Assembly: GCF_037042905.1 (NCBI RefSeq)
Contig: NC_087249.1
Location: forward strand, 40,176,001-40,240,000
Reading direction: 5' to 3'
Origin: Lytechinus pictus
Taxonomy: Eukaryota
Length of the DNA: 64,000 bases
Position numbers and translations under genes: made by a program
Shown: in pieces, positions 23,601-34,699 of the stretch
Layout: each line of letters starts with the position of its first letter
Position numbering within the stretch: position 1 is the stretch's first letter
The notes under the pieces: model-generated
Told to the model about the DNA's origin: nothing
Databases searched by the model: none
What the model saw: only the letters and a program-made list of their open reading frames with translations

Positions 23601-26600
23601 CCCCCCACTTTGAAAACCGTTCCACGACCCCTGTCAAGGTACTTCGGTATGAGTTAGTTCTTTAAAATGTTCATTGTGGAAAATGCTTTCGCACCTGTAT
23701 GTAGATCTAAACATGATGAGAACAGTGCTGGTCATCTAATAAGAAAGTAGATCGAACAGACCGAAAAGGCTCCACTAAACTTTGTTTAAAAGTCAAATTA
23801 ATTTGACTGCCATGAGTACTTTTATTACGATTAGGTCTACATGGATACACAATGTAATCATATTGAGCTATGTTTCATATTGTGAATTAAAAGTGATTTA
23901 AAAAAAAACCAGCAGAGTCTCGCGGGCCGGATTGAGAAGCTCCACGGGCCGGATCCGGCCCGCGGGCCGTAGTTTGAGAACCCCTGGTGTAGTGGTTCAG
24001 ACTCCCACCTTGTAATCAGAGGATCGTGTGTTCCATTCCCACCATAGCCTAGCATCCTTTGGCAAAACACACTTTGCTACTAAATATATAAGTACCTGAT
24101 AGGATATGAAAGTCATTGTAGCTTGCCCAGTACTGTGTGCGACTCAATGGCGAGTGGCTGGAATACTCCCCAGGGAGTGAAGCATGTGCATTGTGTGTAG
24201 GAATGATCAATTAAATCCAAATGTTCGGGGTAATAATAAATCTGTTAACCCTTTGAACCCAATACCGGCTTCACCATCATGAACGCGCATACACCCAAAA
24301 AGCCGGAATACCAGCTTCGAGTCATGTGACTTGAAAAGCAAGGGTTTAGATGTCAGCTAGGTGACCTTTTAAAAATGACGTCATCTTGGAGATATTCAGT
24401 CGATAACTTCAGTTGATAATTTCATCGATAAATGGTTTTCATTTGCAAGGCTTTAGCATTAAAAAAATGACAAAACTTTACTATCCTTCCAAGGAGTCTT
24501 GTGCGATTATACACGGCGAGTCGTATACAGACAGTGCTAAGCTATTGGTGAATTTTACTTCCGTCAAAGCAGTGATTTTGGTACAAACTTTGAGATTATT
24601 GTTGGTACGGGAAGGTACAGAACATCAGCCGGGCCAGGCCTTGTCCAAGCGGAGTAAGGTGACTTTGGCATGGCTGGGACCATGAGAATTAATAGATTAT
24701 TCATATTTCAAATGTCATATATTTCTTCGTTTTGGCGACAAGCTTGATATCTGCAATAATTCAGGTTGAGGGTCACTTCACGACCGTCCCAAACAATTCA
24801 GGGTTCAAAGGTTAATGCATGAGATAGTACAGTATGTCTTAAGTGCAATATAAATAACCCAATTATTATTTCCATACAGTAGTAGACTAACTGAGAAGTG
24901 GAATATTAACCATGACGTTTGCATTTTTGTTACTCTTTGACAGGTAAGGGAAGTGAGTCAGAGACAAAGGCAAGGGTGAATGCCATCCACGAGGTGAAAG
25001 AAATGATCAAGAAAGAAAGCGAGAATCTGAAAGACGTCAAACATAGACTCAAAGAACTTCAAGAAAGACAGAAGAGGGAGAAAGAGGTGAGGGAAAAAAA
25101 GGCGGTTCTATCTTTGTGAATATAAGGATGCATTCCAGGAGGGAGGGGGATCCGGGTAGGCACTCAAATTATATTTTTATGTGCCTCACGAAACCTTGAA
25201 ATTGGGGTCTTATGATGACTTCAAAGAGTAAAATATGGGGTCTTGATTAAATGATTTTTTTTTTTATTTGATCTGATGTTAGCATCGACATTCTAATTTG
25301 ACCTCTCAAAACTGGAGGTTTAATCAATTTTATTAAATAACAATGATACCATTGATAAAAGCATTTAAAATACTTCTTTTTCAAACTCAGCAATGGAAAT
25401 ACACAGTGGTAATACTACAGTATTATGTTACTGAATATTTGATAAATAATTGGTTAATTTTCTTGATCCTAGAGCCTGTTGCATGATACTGACTATTATT
25501 ATTGCCAACCAATGGTAACTTCACTAAAATCCTTGATTCTGATTGGCTGTTGAGTATTGTAACCATGTTACACGGTAGTTATTATATGACACTGAGATAG
25601 ATCCTTGTCATTTGATTGGTCAAAATCGGTCAGTCAGCCCATTTTACAATGACGTCATCAACCATGCAATTTTAGATCCATTCATCGTGCAATTTTGGAT
25701 CCATACGATTTTGTCCATTGCACACGCGCACCCAGACTACAGACACCATTAGTGCAGCGCGCATGTTGGATGTACGCAATAATCAACAGACCGAGCTCGC
25801 ACTGCATGAGCATATTTTGCATCAAAATTCACAAATTTCATTATGAAAAAGAATCTATTTTAGATGTCATACAAACCAAATAATAAATGTTCTTTCCATT
25901 CGTGCAATGGACAGAATAATTTATTCGGTGAAAGATGAAATGAATGATCCATTCAACTTGGCTATGCCTCGTTGAATCGATCATTTCATCTTTCACCTCA
26001 TGAAGTATTCTGTCCATTGCACTCATAAAAATTTATTATTTGTATACCACTGAATGGCAAAAAGTACTATATAGTAACTTATATGCGAACAGGGTGAGAA
26101 TACACATTCCTTCAATCTCTGTTATCACTGTATCTCAGGATATGAGAAGCCAGCATGCTGATCTCCACCACAACTCAGAGCTGCGTCGCCTGGCCCGGGC
26201 TGAGGAGCGCAAGCGGATGGAGGCGGAACATGCCCTCTCGCTGGAGGAAGAACTTGAGAGAATGCGCATGGAGGTCGATCACCAGAAGGCTGAGATTCAG
26301 GTAATATAGCCCATAATTGTCTCCTGGAACCATTTGGTCCCTGTACAGAGCCTATGGGATTCACAGAAATTAGGAGACAACAGGTTAACCTGTTTCTGGT
26401 AAGACTGGGTGATCTCTGATTGCCTATGGGAATGACAAAATTCTGTATTCAAAGGGTTAACCCATTGCTTTCTAGAAGTGGATGTTTCCTGTGCAAAGCC
26501 TATGGGAAACACACAAAAATTGTCGCCAAAAGGGTTAACCCATCTCCCGTTGGGACCAGGTATTCCCTGTTCCTAAGCCTATGGGGATTACAGAATTCGT

Positions 26601-29348
26601 GAGTCAACAAGTTAACCCATTGCATACAGGAACAGGTTGGTCTCTGTTCAAACCATGTGAGAATCACAGCATTCACTACTGTCAATATGTTAAAACTAAG
26701 TGCTTAGTAGACAAACTGGTTATAGAAGAACTAGGGTACCGTTTGACCATGTAGGGTAAACCCAATGGAGACGTATCTACCAACTCCGACAGCCAAGATA
26801 TTGGAACAAAGTACTTAGAAATTTTCAGAAATAAGAATATTCATAAAATTCCTTTTCAATACTAGAGGTGTTGTGGCTCAGTGGATAAGTCTTTGGCCTT
26901 TGAACCACAAGGTCCGGGGTTCAAATCCCACCGCAGCACTAGCGTCCCTTGTCAAGGCGTTTATCTACATTTGCCACTCTCGACCCAGGTGTAGTAAATG
27001 GGTACCCAGTAGGAAGGAATTCCTTGAAGGCTCGATGCGCCCGATCAGGGTAACCGTGCTAAAGCCGGGGTAATAGTATGCAGCGCTTAGAAACATTTGT
27101 TTTAAGTGCTATATAAATGTTGCATATTATTATTAATACTATAGGAAAATTTCCACAATAATAGGAATGCACAGGTTAAAATGGTAATTTTATTTTCTCC
27201 AAAATAAGAAATATTTCAATGTAATAGGAACACTTAACAGGTATGCACAAGGTAGACATAACAGGTGTAGACCCAAAGGCAATTTTACATTTCTAAGACC
27301 CTATCTAATATTGTAGGGGCGTCATGGTCTAGTGGTTAAGACTCCCGTCTTTCAATCTGAAGGACGTAGGTTCGATTCTTTCAGCAATAAATTTATCCAC
27401 ATTGTGCTGCACTCAACCCAGGTGAGGCAAATGGGTACTGGCAGGAAGTAATTCCTCAAAAAGCTGTGCGCACCAGAATCGGTAGACTAGCTTAGTGGGG
27501 GTAATATAGGAGCGCCTTGAGCACCTAGCAAGGTGGATACGTGCGCAATACAAATCCTATATTATTAATAGGTAAAACTGTTGTGCTTTGCTTGTAAAAC
27601 ACCACAGTTAAGATCAGCCAACGGAGGAACAGGGTACAGCCAGGAACAGGCCATGCAGATAGAGATGAGTCTGGTGAAGGAGAGAGAGGAGCGTCGGGTG
27701 GTGACCATGCAGCTCCAGGCCATGGACGCGGAGAAGGCCCTCCTCATCGCAGAACTCGACGAGGCTTATCTCAAACACAAGGAGGAGATGGAGATTCAAC
27801 AGCTTCAGCATTTCCAGGTATAACAAAAATACATTATAGTTATATGACTTGGTGGCCACCTGTCCTGAAACCTGTCTTAAGTGGCCATTTTGACAAAATT
27901 TATACTGGTATGACAAAAGGAAACAGCTCTTTGGAATGAGTTTCTTAGTAAATAGGGAATGTGTCATTGTTTTATGTGGAAATATAAGGACTTAACTAGT
28001 AGTAGTAGTAGGAATAAGTATTTGGTTATTATTTGAAAGAATATAGCACAATGTCTTCATTCAATATGGACATCGTATTTGAGAATGGGTGGGAGAGAAA
28101 ATAAAGAAACAAATTTGTACCCTTGTGATTCTTCTATCTAAACTCTAACCAATACGTTACTAAAATTTGACTGATAGAAAGTCTTTTTCAGTGGACACTT
28201 GCAATCCTTCCCATACTTTCACAGCCAAAAAAAAGTCATCCATAGGATTTTTTTTTAAACTTTGATATTGTTATTTCTCATTCACTCAGACATTTCGTAA
28301 CTACCGGGAGGCCTTTGAGGAGCAGAAGATGGCTCTAGAGCAGCGATACCGGACCCTGTTAGAGGATGCCATCCAGGATGCTGTCTTTCTCTCCGCAAGG
28401 AACTCTGAACTGGAGCAAGAGAATCAAGCTATCAAACAAGGCAAGTATTGTAAGCCACAAACAGCAGTAACTGGCTCCTCAAGGTTCGCCTTAAGGACAT
28501 TGAGGTCATTTCATGAAACAAGTGCTTCTTGAGACTGTGTGACCTCAAGGACGGTTAGTTGGCCGAGATCTGTGCCTTCTAAGTCTAGGCCCTTGCCTAG
28601 CCAAAGTTGGCCAGAGGTCGAGCTGAAGTCCTTGACCTTGGGTCCAATGTGGTCTCAGGGTAGGTCCTTGGATGAGGCCAGGGGAGCATGTCATCAACAT
28701 TTGGTGTCTGGAATAGTATCAGATCTGACAACTTTCCTTGCTCTTTATTGGCTAAGAAGCACAGTTACTATGGTAACTGCCAGGTAAAACAGGACTTGGT
28801 GGATGAAACATTCGACAAGTCCTTTTATGAAACGCTCCTCCCAGGAAATTATTCAGAAGTGTGGATCTAACACTGAGTCAGTAAATCTATTGTTTTAAGG
28901 AATATCATATGTAGTGTTGTCATCCTCAAGGATAATTATGAGGCTGTGGACTTGTTCTTGGCTGTGGAACTGGTCCGTGGCCTCGGAAATACTCTATGAT
29001 CATTTGCTTTGGCATAAAGGGTCTTAAGTTCTTAGCCCTTTGCTTTGGCTTTGGAGTAGGTCCTTGGATGAGGCCAGGAAAATATTCAGAAATAAGAAGG
29101 TAACAATTTAAGTATGGAAAACAGTTTGTAGTGTTGTAATCCTTTGAAAAATTGGAAATGATGATTTGAGTTAGGCAATGATGTGACTTGCAGAAGATTG
29201 ACTTTGCAGAGTCTAGTGTATGTTTATGATTTACATTAAATGTATATTCTTAATGACTTTGACAGATGTTGCCGAGTTGAAAGACAAGGTGTCCATGCTG
29301 GGAGGAAGTTCAAGAAGCAGGCCGTCGTCAGCAGCAAGCTTACGCTAG
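2605..29348 (+). CDS. kinesin-like protein (N-terminal motor, long coiled-coil tail), 20 coding exons, 715 aa
   Basis: Exons: 2605-2607 (ATG only), 7573-7728, 8145-8192, 8703-8849, 13998-14069, 15126-15205, 15909-16028, 16995-17086, 18022-18052, 18660-18759, 19372-19509, 20087-20203, 20897-21001, 21855-21947, 22639-22735, 24944-25086, 26139-26300, 27608-27817, 28290-28440 (GC donor), 29266-29348. Phases join into one 2148-nt frame. Motifs: [30 protein letters not shown] (P-loop), [26 protein letters not shown]. Neck LREEISRLR and a WEEK motif recall kinesin-3, but no FHA domain is seen. Exon 1 is the least certain. Confidence 0.93.
3008..3688. mobile_element. hAT-like MITE
   Basis: TIR (t)agggtgtctg.ag / ct.cagacacccta; flanking direct repeat CCAATAAT at 3000-3007 and 3689-3696. 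Confidence 0.7.
3720..5781. mobile_element. hAT-like non-autonomous element carrying an internal 110-bp tandem array
   Basis: Imperfect TIR TAAgcTTGTAA / TTACAAcaTTA; 8-bp TSD TACTATAG (3712-3719, 5782-5789); clusters of CCGATT/AATCGG/TTCGAT subterminal motifs at both ends. Confidence 0.7.
3975..5231. repeat. 110-bp tandem repeat, ~11.5 copies, with higher-order structure
   Basis: ttcaacctcgtggtgatagcgga recurs every 110 bp (~3985 with variants, 4093, 4203 ... 5193). Confidence 0.95.
8572..8692. repeat. (ATT/GTT)n microsatellite next to the kinesin exon 4 acceptor
   Basis: Seen directly; explains the poly-N and poly-I spurious ORFs. Confidence 0.95.
9063..13371 (-). mobile_element. non-autonomous LTR retrotransposon (Gypsy-like) in kinesin intron 4
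   Basis: Near-identical direct repeats 9063..9240 and 13190..13371. On the minus strand the 5' LTR is followed directly by TGGTGGCAGC (tRNA-Leu-type primer-binding site, 13189..13180), and a purine-rich tract AAAAAGATGGGAAAAGTAAAAGG precedes the 3' LTR. No RT/RNaseH/integrase motifs inside. TSD is ambiguous in A-rich flanks. Confidence 0.88.
10611..13031 (-). CDS. single ORF of the LTR element (806 aa from first ATG; open from 13091): degenerate retropepsin-like domain plus three kinds of peptide repeats
   Basis: Uninterrupted 2.4-kb frame. [21 protein letters not shown]...[24 protein letters not shown] resembles Gypsy aspartic proteases with D(S/T)G changed to KSG. It is followed by ~24-aa acidic, 11-aa [11 protein letters not shown] and 25-aa RPPDQPH repeats. 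Confidence 0.75.
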   Translation of the reverse strand: MARAALTAAAAVHDASSWRSASRSSQPRLRQFSACRQILNKPCFCARTIDNSRINVELKSGSQLNLITESVADDIGVEILVDDFGFDDYFVDGVSIVSLVDQTLVVGLTQFTLLYEDCELWFDGVVVHDDYLRGSRSIVAGAPFMEQNDISVRPSKQLIRFGDGTAFCYGLSSRAAPPCFRDVDLAGIHSITNHILIDREHEMNESEMDDSREIDNHVTLGTTVTPVNTNIHKGDDGYETSDSELNESQCNDCKSCNEDRRDETSNGEVLEIDKGEMKPCNVDGYKSSDGGGHDSNIVDVKQCNADDGYVTSDDEVNATNSADMKEWNEEVEYAACDGLDHESDQCDVKQWNEEIGYEANVDVVDKANGDDVLIGHMRDVKETRKDNVGSIDSDVIGQDTDANVPSLFQECTVTDTYESSSCSPPVLRLSDFRTSSLHCIDCWHGNIAFTTLSGLSCSPLSADEFQPLVIWDCCQSNVTCSFTESLDLDPSQNHGPCFLSDVTISPNMTLPDVTVLPNLSLPDVTVSPTLTLPDVTIFPNMTLPDETVLPNISLDMLLDRCIGSNLVVDRGGTVLPLDHMFDTSSSVDTVSVTPSADSVLPFNASNRHRANTGVTAMPPCQANVSSSSSTTQVIRPARVQCFVNGLIPQSCKSFIPPASYPTECKHSPSIPVSNSHVHSIRTGVAPRTRPPNQPLATLELGPADLSVLEGVHHCRPPDQPHAIPGHCPADLSNPQGCLHTRPPDRPHATPGYGPAGLSIPVVKFHRPYDVGPYLGLFFMILAYQRSRDIYCLIQCSLALLSRPMIT
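14092..14220. mobile_element. PIF/Harbinger-like MITE (CWG target)
   Basis: TIR gggcccgtaacacaaag / ctttgtgttacgggccc, CTG on both sides; second copy at 37215..37344. Confidence 0.85.
14496..14664. mobile_element. palindromic MITE (CWG-flanked)
   Basis: gtttcagaaagctgttcgtaagtta / taacttacgaacagctttatgaaac inverted arms; CTG and CAG flanks. Confidence 0.7.
16006..16905 (+). repeat. ~405-bp tandem duplication of the exon 7 end plus intron start, with GAA/GGA low-complexity tracts
   Basis: gatatcaagg.cacagagcaagg.aagaacaagtcttgattc begins at both 16006 and 16411. Confidence 0.9.
20272..20540 (+). mobile_element. degenerate tRNA-derived SINE
   Basis: A-box tggatcagtgg, B-box-like ggattccaatcc, shared core ttgccactct...acccaggt...taaatgggta. 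Confidence 0.65.
21118..21312 (-). mobile_element. SINE fragments, minus strand
   Basis: Minus strand reads gtcgtgggttcattccccggccgagtcataccaaagac (B-box head); (AAT)n tail on the left. Confidence 0.5.
22967..24240 (+). mobile_element. tRNA-derived SINE interrupted by a hAT element
   Basis: Removing 22987..23986 and one TSD restores gagccaTGGTGTAGTGGttcagactc...gttccattccc and the SINE body ending taataataa. Confidence 0.7.
22987..23986. mobile_element. hAT (Charlie-like) non-autonomous element, 1.0 kb
   Basis: Perfect 16-bp TIR CAGGGGTTCTCAAACT / AGTTTGAGAACCCCTG; 8-bp TSD GTGTAGTG; subterminal CGGCCCGCGGGCCG. Confidence 0.92.
24249..24811. mobile_element. piggyBac-like MITE
   Basis: TTAA|ccctttgaaccc ... 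gggttcaaagg|TTAA. Confidence 0.8.
26865..27134 (+). mobile_element. tRNA-derived SINE, full length
   Basis: A-box TGGCTCAGTGG, B-box GGTTCAAATCC, (ATT)n tail, flanking direct repeat AATACTA. Confidence 0.85.
27316..27567 (+). mobile_element. tRNA-derived SINE
   Basis: A-box TGGTCTAGTGG, B-box GGTTCGATTC, core acccaggtg...aaatgggtac, tattatta tail. Confidence 0.8.
28682..28841. mobile_element. Harbinger-like MITE with CAG TSD
   Basis: CAG at 28679-28681 and 28842-28844; a matching empty site is present at ~29058-29092. Confidence 0.75.
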
Positions 29349-29474
29349 ATCCCCATTCCATGGGAGCGACCAACGTCCACAAACACAGAGGGCAGAAAAT
29401 GGAAAGAGACGGGGAACAAAATTTTCGGGGGCTCGGAGTGATTCCCGCCATGAAATGCTCAAAAGAGCCCTTAA

Positions 29475-30051
29475 AGGACAAGTCCACCCCAACAAAAAGT
29501 TGATTTGAATAAAAAGAACAAATCCAACAAGCAGAACTCTGAAAATTTCATCAAAATCGGATGTAAAATAAGAAAGTTATGACATTTTAAAGTTTTTGCT
29601 TAATTTCACACAACAGTTATATGCACATCCTGGTTGGTATGCAAATGAGGAGACTGATGACATCATCCACTCACTATTTCTTTTGTATTTTATTATATGA
29701 AATGGGAAATATTCTATTTTTCTTCTCATTGTCAAGTGAAACAACGATTAATTCCTCCCTGAACATGTGAAATTAGCATCGTTTAATACTATATGATTCA
29801 GTCAAGTTGGTCCTTTTTTTCAAATCTATAAAAAATGAAATATCGTATAATTCAAACAATAAAAAACAAAAGAAAAAGTGAGGGACATCATCGACTGTCT
29901 CAAATCACTGTTTTGTGAAAAAATAAGCAAAACTTTAAAATGTCATAACTTTCTTATATTACATCTGATTTTGATGAAATTTTCTGTGTAATGCTTGTTG
30001 GATTTTTCTCTTTTTATTCGAATCAACTTTTTGTTGGGGTGGACTTGTCCT
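29475..30051. mobile_element. Kolobok-like MITE
   Basis: TTAA|aggacaagtccaccccaacaaaaagttgatt ... aatcaactttttgttggggtggacttgtcct|TTAA with long TIRs. Confidence 0.88.
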
Positions 30052-30196
30052 TTAAAAATTGACCTATCATAAAAATATATTCTTTCAACACCTGCATAGT
30101 AATGCAGCCTCACATTTAAATGAAACTCGGAATTAAGCCCCTATTTGCTCCTAGTTCTTTTAACTTCTCTCTCTGAAGTTTTTCACACTGAATTAA

Positions 30197-30779
30197 AGGA
30201 GAATGAAATCCTTGAAACCAGCTGAATCCATATCAAAGAGAAAAATCAAAGGAACACATTGTTGAAAGTTTGAGGAAGATTGAATGAATAATAAGAAAGT
30301 TATGAGCATTTGAATATTGAGATCACTAGTGCCATGTAGATCCTCCCATCGGCAATGCGACCAAGATCTGTGATATCACACACGTACAACTCCCTCATTA
30401 CTTTAGTACTTATTTCACTTATATTCTCACTTTTATAGAGTCTATCACAAGGTGAGGTGTTCTCTTTATGAGATGACAAGTACAGAGGTTTCACAACATT
30501 ATATCATTGATGAATCGTTTGTCATATGATTAGAATGAGCAAAAAGAAATGTTTTGGGGTATATTTTCAGTGTCCAAATGGGAGAGTTGTACGTGTGTGA
30601 CATCACAGATCTTGGTCGCATTGCCAATGGGAGGATCTCCATAGCATTAGTGATCTCGACATTCAAATGCTCATAACTCTTTTATTGCTAGTCCTATTTT
30701 ACTCAAACTTTTGTTGATCTTATTTTTTGATTTTTCTGCTTTCACAAAAGCTAACTTGCTCCAAGAGTTTCATTCTCCT
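30197..30779. mobile_element. Kolobok-like MITE
   Basis: TTAA|aggagaatgaaa ... tttcattctcct|TTAA; inverted arms extend ~200 bp. Confidence 0.85.
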
Positions 30780-30973
30780 TTAAGTACAGGTAACTCTGCC
30801 TAAGTCAAATCTATTGGGATTTCACTTAGCCAGAGAAGCATCCACCATGAACTTGAACTTGCCTTATAACAACAAACTGATGTGGGAATCATTTCACCAG
30901 TGGAGTAACAAAGGCCGGAAGATTAAACCACCAAAAATATTTACGCTCAAACAGTATGAAGATCAGACAATAA

Positions 30974-31123
30974 TACCTCGGTCACATTTGCTCTACGGCG
31001 GCCGTACGGCGAGTCGAAATTAGCCGTTTTATCCATTTTTATTCAAACCACCTATATGTAGCTGGTACAAAAATGTTAACACAGCTGTTTTCGATTCGCC
31101 GTAGAGCAAATGTGACCGAGGCA
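30974..31123. mobile_element. Tourist/Harbinger-like MITE
   Basis: TIR cctcggtcacatttgctctacggcg / cgccgtagagcaaatgtgaccgagg; TAA on both sides. Confidence 0.82.
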
Positions 31124-32829
31124 TAAATAATATGGGGCATTTATATAGTCGTAATACAAAATGTCTTGAAGCACTGCATCGAGAATTCAAGGAATTCCTT
31201 CCTACCGGGTACCCTTCACTCCCAAAAGTGAGTTGATTATTGCTTATGTCCACAGTTGCAAATGTTTATGAATGATATCTACTTTGCATTTCTGCAAAAT
31301 CTTATAATGCAAGTATTATTTCACTGTTTTCTCTGTGGAGCAATTTTGTTCATGGAAAAAAAAGGTTTTTCAAGCATTTGACAAGTTGCAGACTTTTTCA
31401 CGTACACATACACTTCATAGAATATTGTTCGATTTTATAGTGAATGTATTTTGAGAGGGATATATCAGATAGATTTATATGGATTATTAATACAGATTCA
31501 GCCTTTCTAGATGTGATTTTATTTATTGCACTTATCAAGAAAGGCTATATTGACAGAATTGTGAGTGTGCTCCAAATATTCTGAGAATTCACCAAGTGAT
31601 ATTAACGTTCAATGATTTATGCAAGAATTAATACCACCACCTTGATCAGCAAATCCTAATATCTCATCGCAATTCCGTCCTATTTATGATTGTACAAAAC
31701 TTGAATTATGCGCTGCTATTTTTATGAATATTGTTATCATATATTTTCTGGAAATAGAAATATGTAAATATTTTCTTAAATTTTGCTCTATTTGCTGTGA
31801 GTTTCTTTTTTACAAAAAAAAAATCAATCTTGAATTGAATATTTATTATCTGTATATTTGTAAGAGTGATTTAAAAAAAATATTTTGTTATATACTTGTA
31901 GGCAAATCATATTTCATTGATTGATGTAAAAATTTAAACTGGTATGTCAAATAGATTTCATTTTCTAGTTGATGCATTACTGTAAAGTAATTATGACCTA
32001 ATTGACCAACTCAAGTATATCAAGATTTTTTTCTCACTTTATGTATTGTGGAGAAGAGTAATACCATTATTTGTCACCCCTCCCCACTGTATCAATCTTT
32101 GAAGAATGATTAGATGAGCAACATGATGAATAATTGATAAACAACATGATGAATAATTGACATATATTTTGTTTGTCTTACAGTAATCATGGTTAGAAAC
32201 ATAATATCAAATGTAATTTCTTAGAGTATATGTATGTAGTTCTATTGTCTTTTTATATTAAATTTATTTAATATCATTCTTGGTGTGTTGCTGTGTCATT
32301 TATTGACAATTCTTGAATATCAAAATGCTATTTGCAGTGTATCTTCTTAATCATAAAGCCTATATTTAGTTTGGGTAAATCCCCAAAAGTGTATGTCACT
32401 GTTCCAATTCATTACAGAATTAAAAGCAGACATAAACCAGCAACCTCACTGACACCACCTTAAGTCTGGCCAGGTTCTTTACTCATAATACAACATTCTG
32501 AGCATATAGGCCCACTTGAATGACAATACAATAATTCACTACTCAATACACCCATACCACAATTACACGTATGTTACCAAGTAGCAAAACAAGTGCATTT
32601 CCTCTCAAATTGTTGCATGTATATGGGCTATTTCAAACCAGGTTATACTGGGGGGGGGGGGTTAATTTGACCCCCCCTTCAGATCTTGGCAGCTGATTCC
32701 GCGATCGCCACGAACATTTGCAGAGTTGATTGTATACTACAAGACTGTATAGTGAAATTTTCAACTAGCACATCAATCATGTGGAGCTCATCCGGCATCT
32801 CGCAAATAAATATAACATAATTTTTAATT

Positions 32830-34673
32830 ATAGACCAATTTCAAATACTCCAATTAACTCCAATTACTCCAATAATAATGAAAATGCTTGAAAAAGCAGT
32901 TAACAATCAACTACTTGAATATCTCACGGATAATGACATTCTCACTAAAGAACGATCAGGTTTTCGAAAAGCACATTCAACAAACTCTGTATTATGTTAC
33001 ATCAGTGATCTCATATACAAAGAAATGGATAATGGAAATTTGACTGGAGTGGTCCTTGATCTAAAGAAAGCTTTTGATACCGTAGATCATGACCAATTGA
33101 TAGATAAACTGTCCAGCTATGGAATCAGAGATATGGAAAGGGAATGGTTCATTGATTACCTACATTGTCACAGCCAAGAAATATCTGATTAGGAATACAA
33201 CAGGGATCAATCCTTGAGCCCCAATTGTTCTCACTCTATGTGAATACCTTACCAAGTTCAATAAAGAATGGGAAAGTAATGATGTATGCTGATGATACAA
33301 TGATTCTTTACAGTGGTTCATCAGCAACGGAACTCCGAGCATGCCTCAATGAAGACTTGTATCACGTAAATCTCTGGTTGACAGAGACTAGCCTTGTTTT
33401 GAACACAGCTAAAACTAAATATATGATAATGGGAACACCTCAGAAGTTGGGTAATGTTCACAAATCTTTTGAACTTATTGTAGAAAACACTATACTGGAA
33501 AGAGTAACCTCCTATAAATATCTTGGTGTATTCCTAGATCAATTCCTAGTATGAAATAATCATTTTGATTACATTAACAAGATAGGATCTAAAATATCAC
33601 TTCTCAGTAGGCTTAGGCCTTTTCTTTCTTACATGCTCCAAAGTACTTGCTAATGCCTAATTATGCCACATTTTGATTACTGTAGTCCGACTTGATCCAA
33701 TTGTAATTTGAATGGAAAAGACACAATTGTCAAACAACAAAAAAGAATGGCTCGAATTATCTTACAAGCTGATACTATAGGACCCCAACTGTAGAAGTGC
33801 TGCAGAAGTTAGGATGGGTTTCATTAGAGGAGAGATGGAAATTCCAAATAATCAAGCTTGTTTACAATGCCCTAAATGGTAGTTGCCCACAATATATTTC
33901 AGATTTGTTCATTCAATTATAAAACACCCACTCATACCCCAGGGGGGGGGGGGGGCAGTTAAATGTATTGCTGTACACACGCGTGGCCAAATTATTTCCA
34001 AACACCCCCTTAATGACTTTCTGTGTGTGCAAAATAACCCCCTAAATAAGTTTTTCGCAGGCTTTATTTACATATTTTGGCCCCTAAACAAGTTGTCGCC
34101 AGATAATGATCGCGGGGAAAAAGCTTGGGAAAGAAAAAACATACCCTAAACACGTTTGGCTAGTCTTGAAATAAAAAGCTTTGGAAAAAAACATACCCTA
34201 AATATGTTTGACCCTGCGATTGAGCATTGACCGTTCTTTCAAAACTATAACGAGTGCATGCGCGGCCCGTGGCCAAAATTGAAAAAAAACACCCCTTTAA
34301 ACGCGTTATTTTGGTCATGCGACCGTACCAGAAATGCTGATAGTTATGGGATCATAATATAAAAGTGTAAAACAGAGAAGGGAAAGAAAAGGATTTCAGT
34401 ACACGGTTCAATTCTGTGGAATAATACTCCATCTGCAGTAAGAAGGGCTGCAACCTTGCAATCATTTACTTCATCCTATTGGAGAAACCGTAGATCTTAA
34501 CCCAGGTTTTAAGACACAACTCGTTAAATTTTATTCTGTTTGTATCGTTCTAATTTTGTTGTCCTTTGCTTTTTTTCTTTTGTGTTTAAATGTAGCAGGG
34601 CCCTCTGGGAGAACAGTGTAAGTCACTGATGAGGCTACCCTGGATAAACAAGACTTTACAATAATAATAATAA
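32830..34673 (+). mobile_element. 5'-truncated, frameshifted LINE (CR1/L2-group) reverse-transcriptase remnant with a nested insertion at ~33938-34322
   Basis: SGFRKAHST, LDLKKAFDTVDH, MMYADDT, YKYLGVFLD in broken frames; (AAT)n tail at 34660-34673. Confidence 0.9.
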
Positions 34674-34699
34674 TTTCAGCCCAGTTGACACTGTAGTGA

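Noticed and set aside
26865-26940. tRNA-like sequences (also at 20272, 23987, 27316)
   Set aside because: A/B boxes are followed by a shared SINE body and AT-rich tail, with no proper acceptor stem or T-run terminator; these are SINE heads, not tRNA genes.
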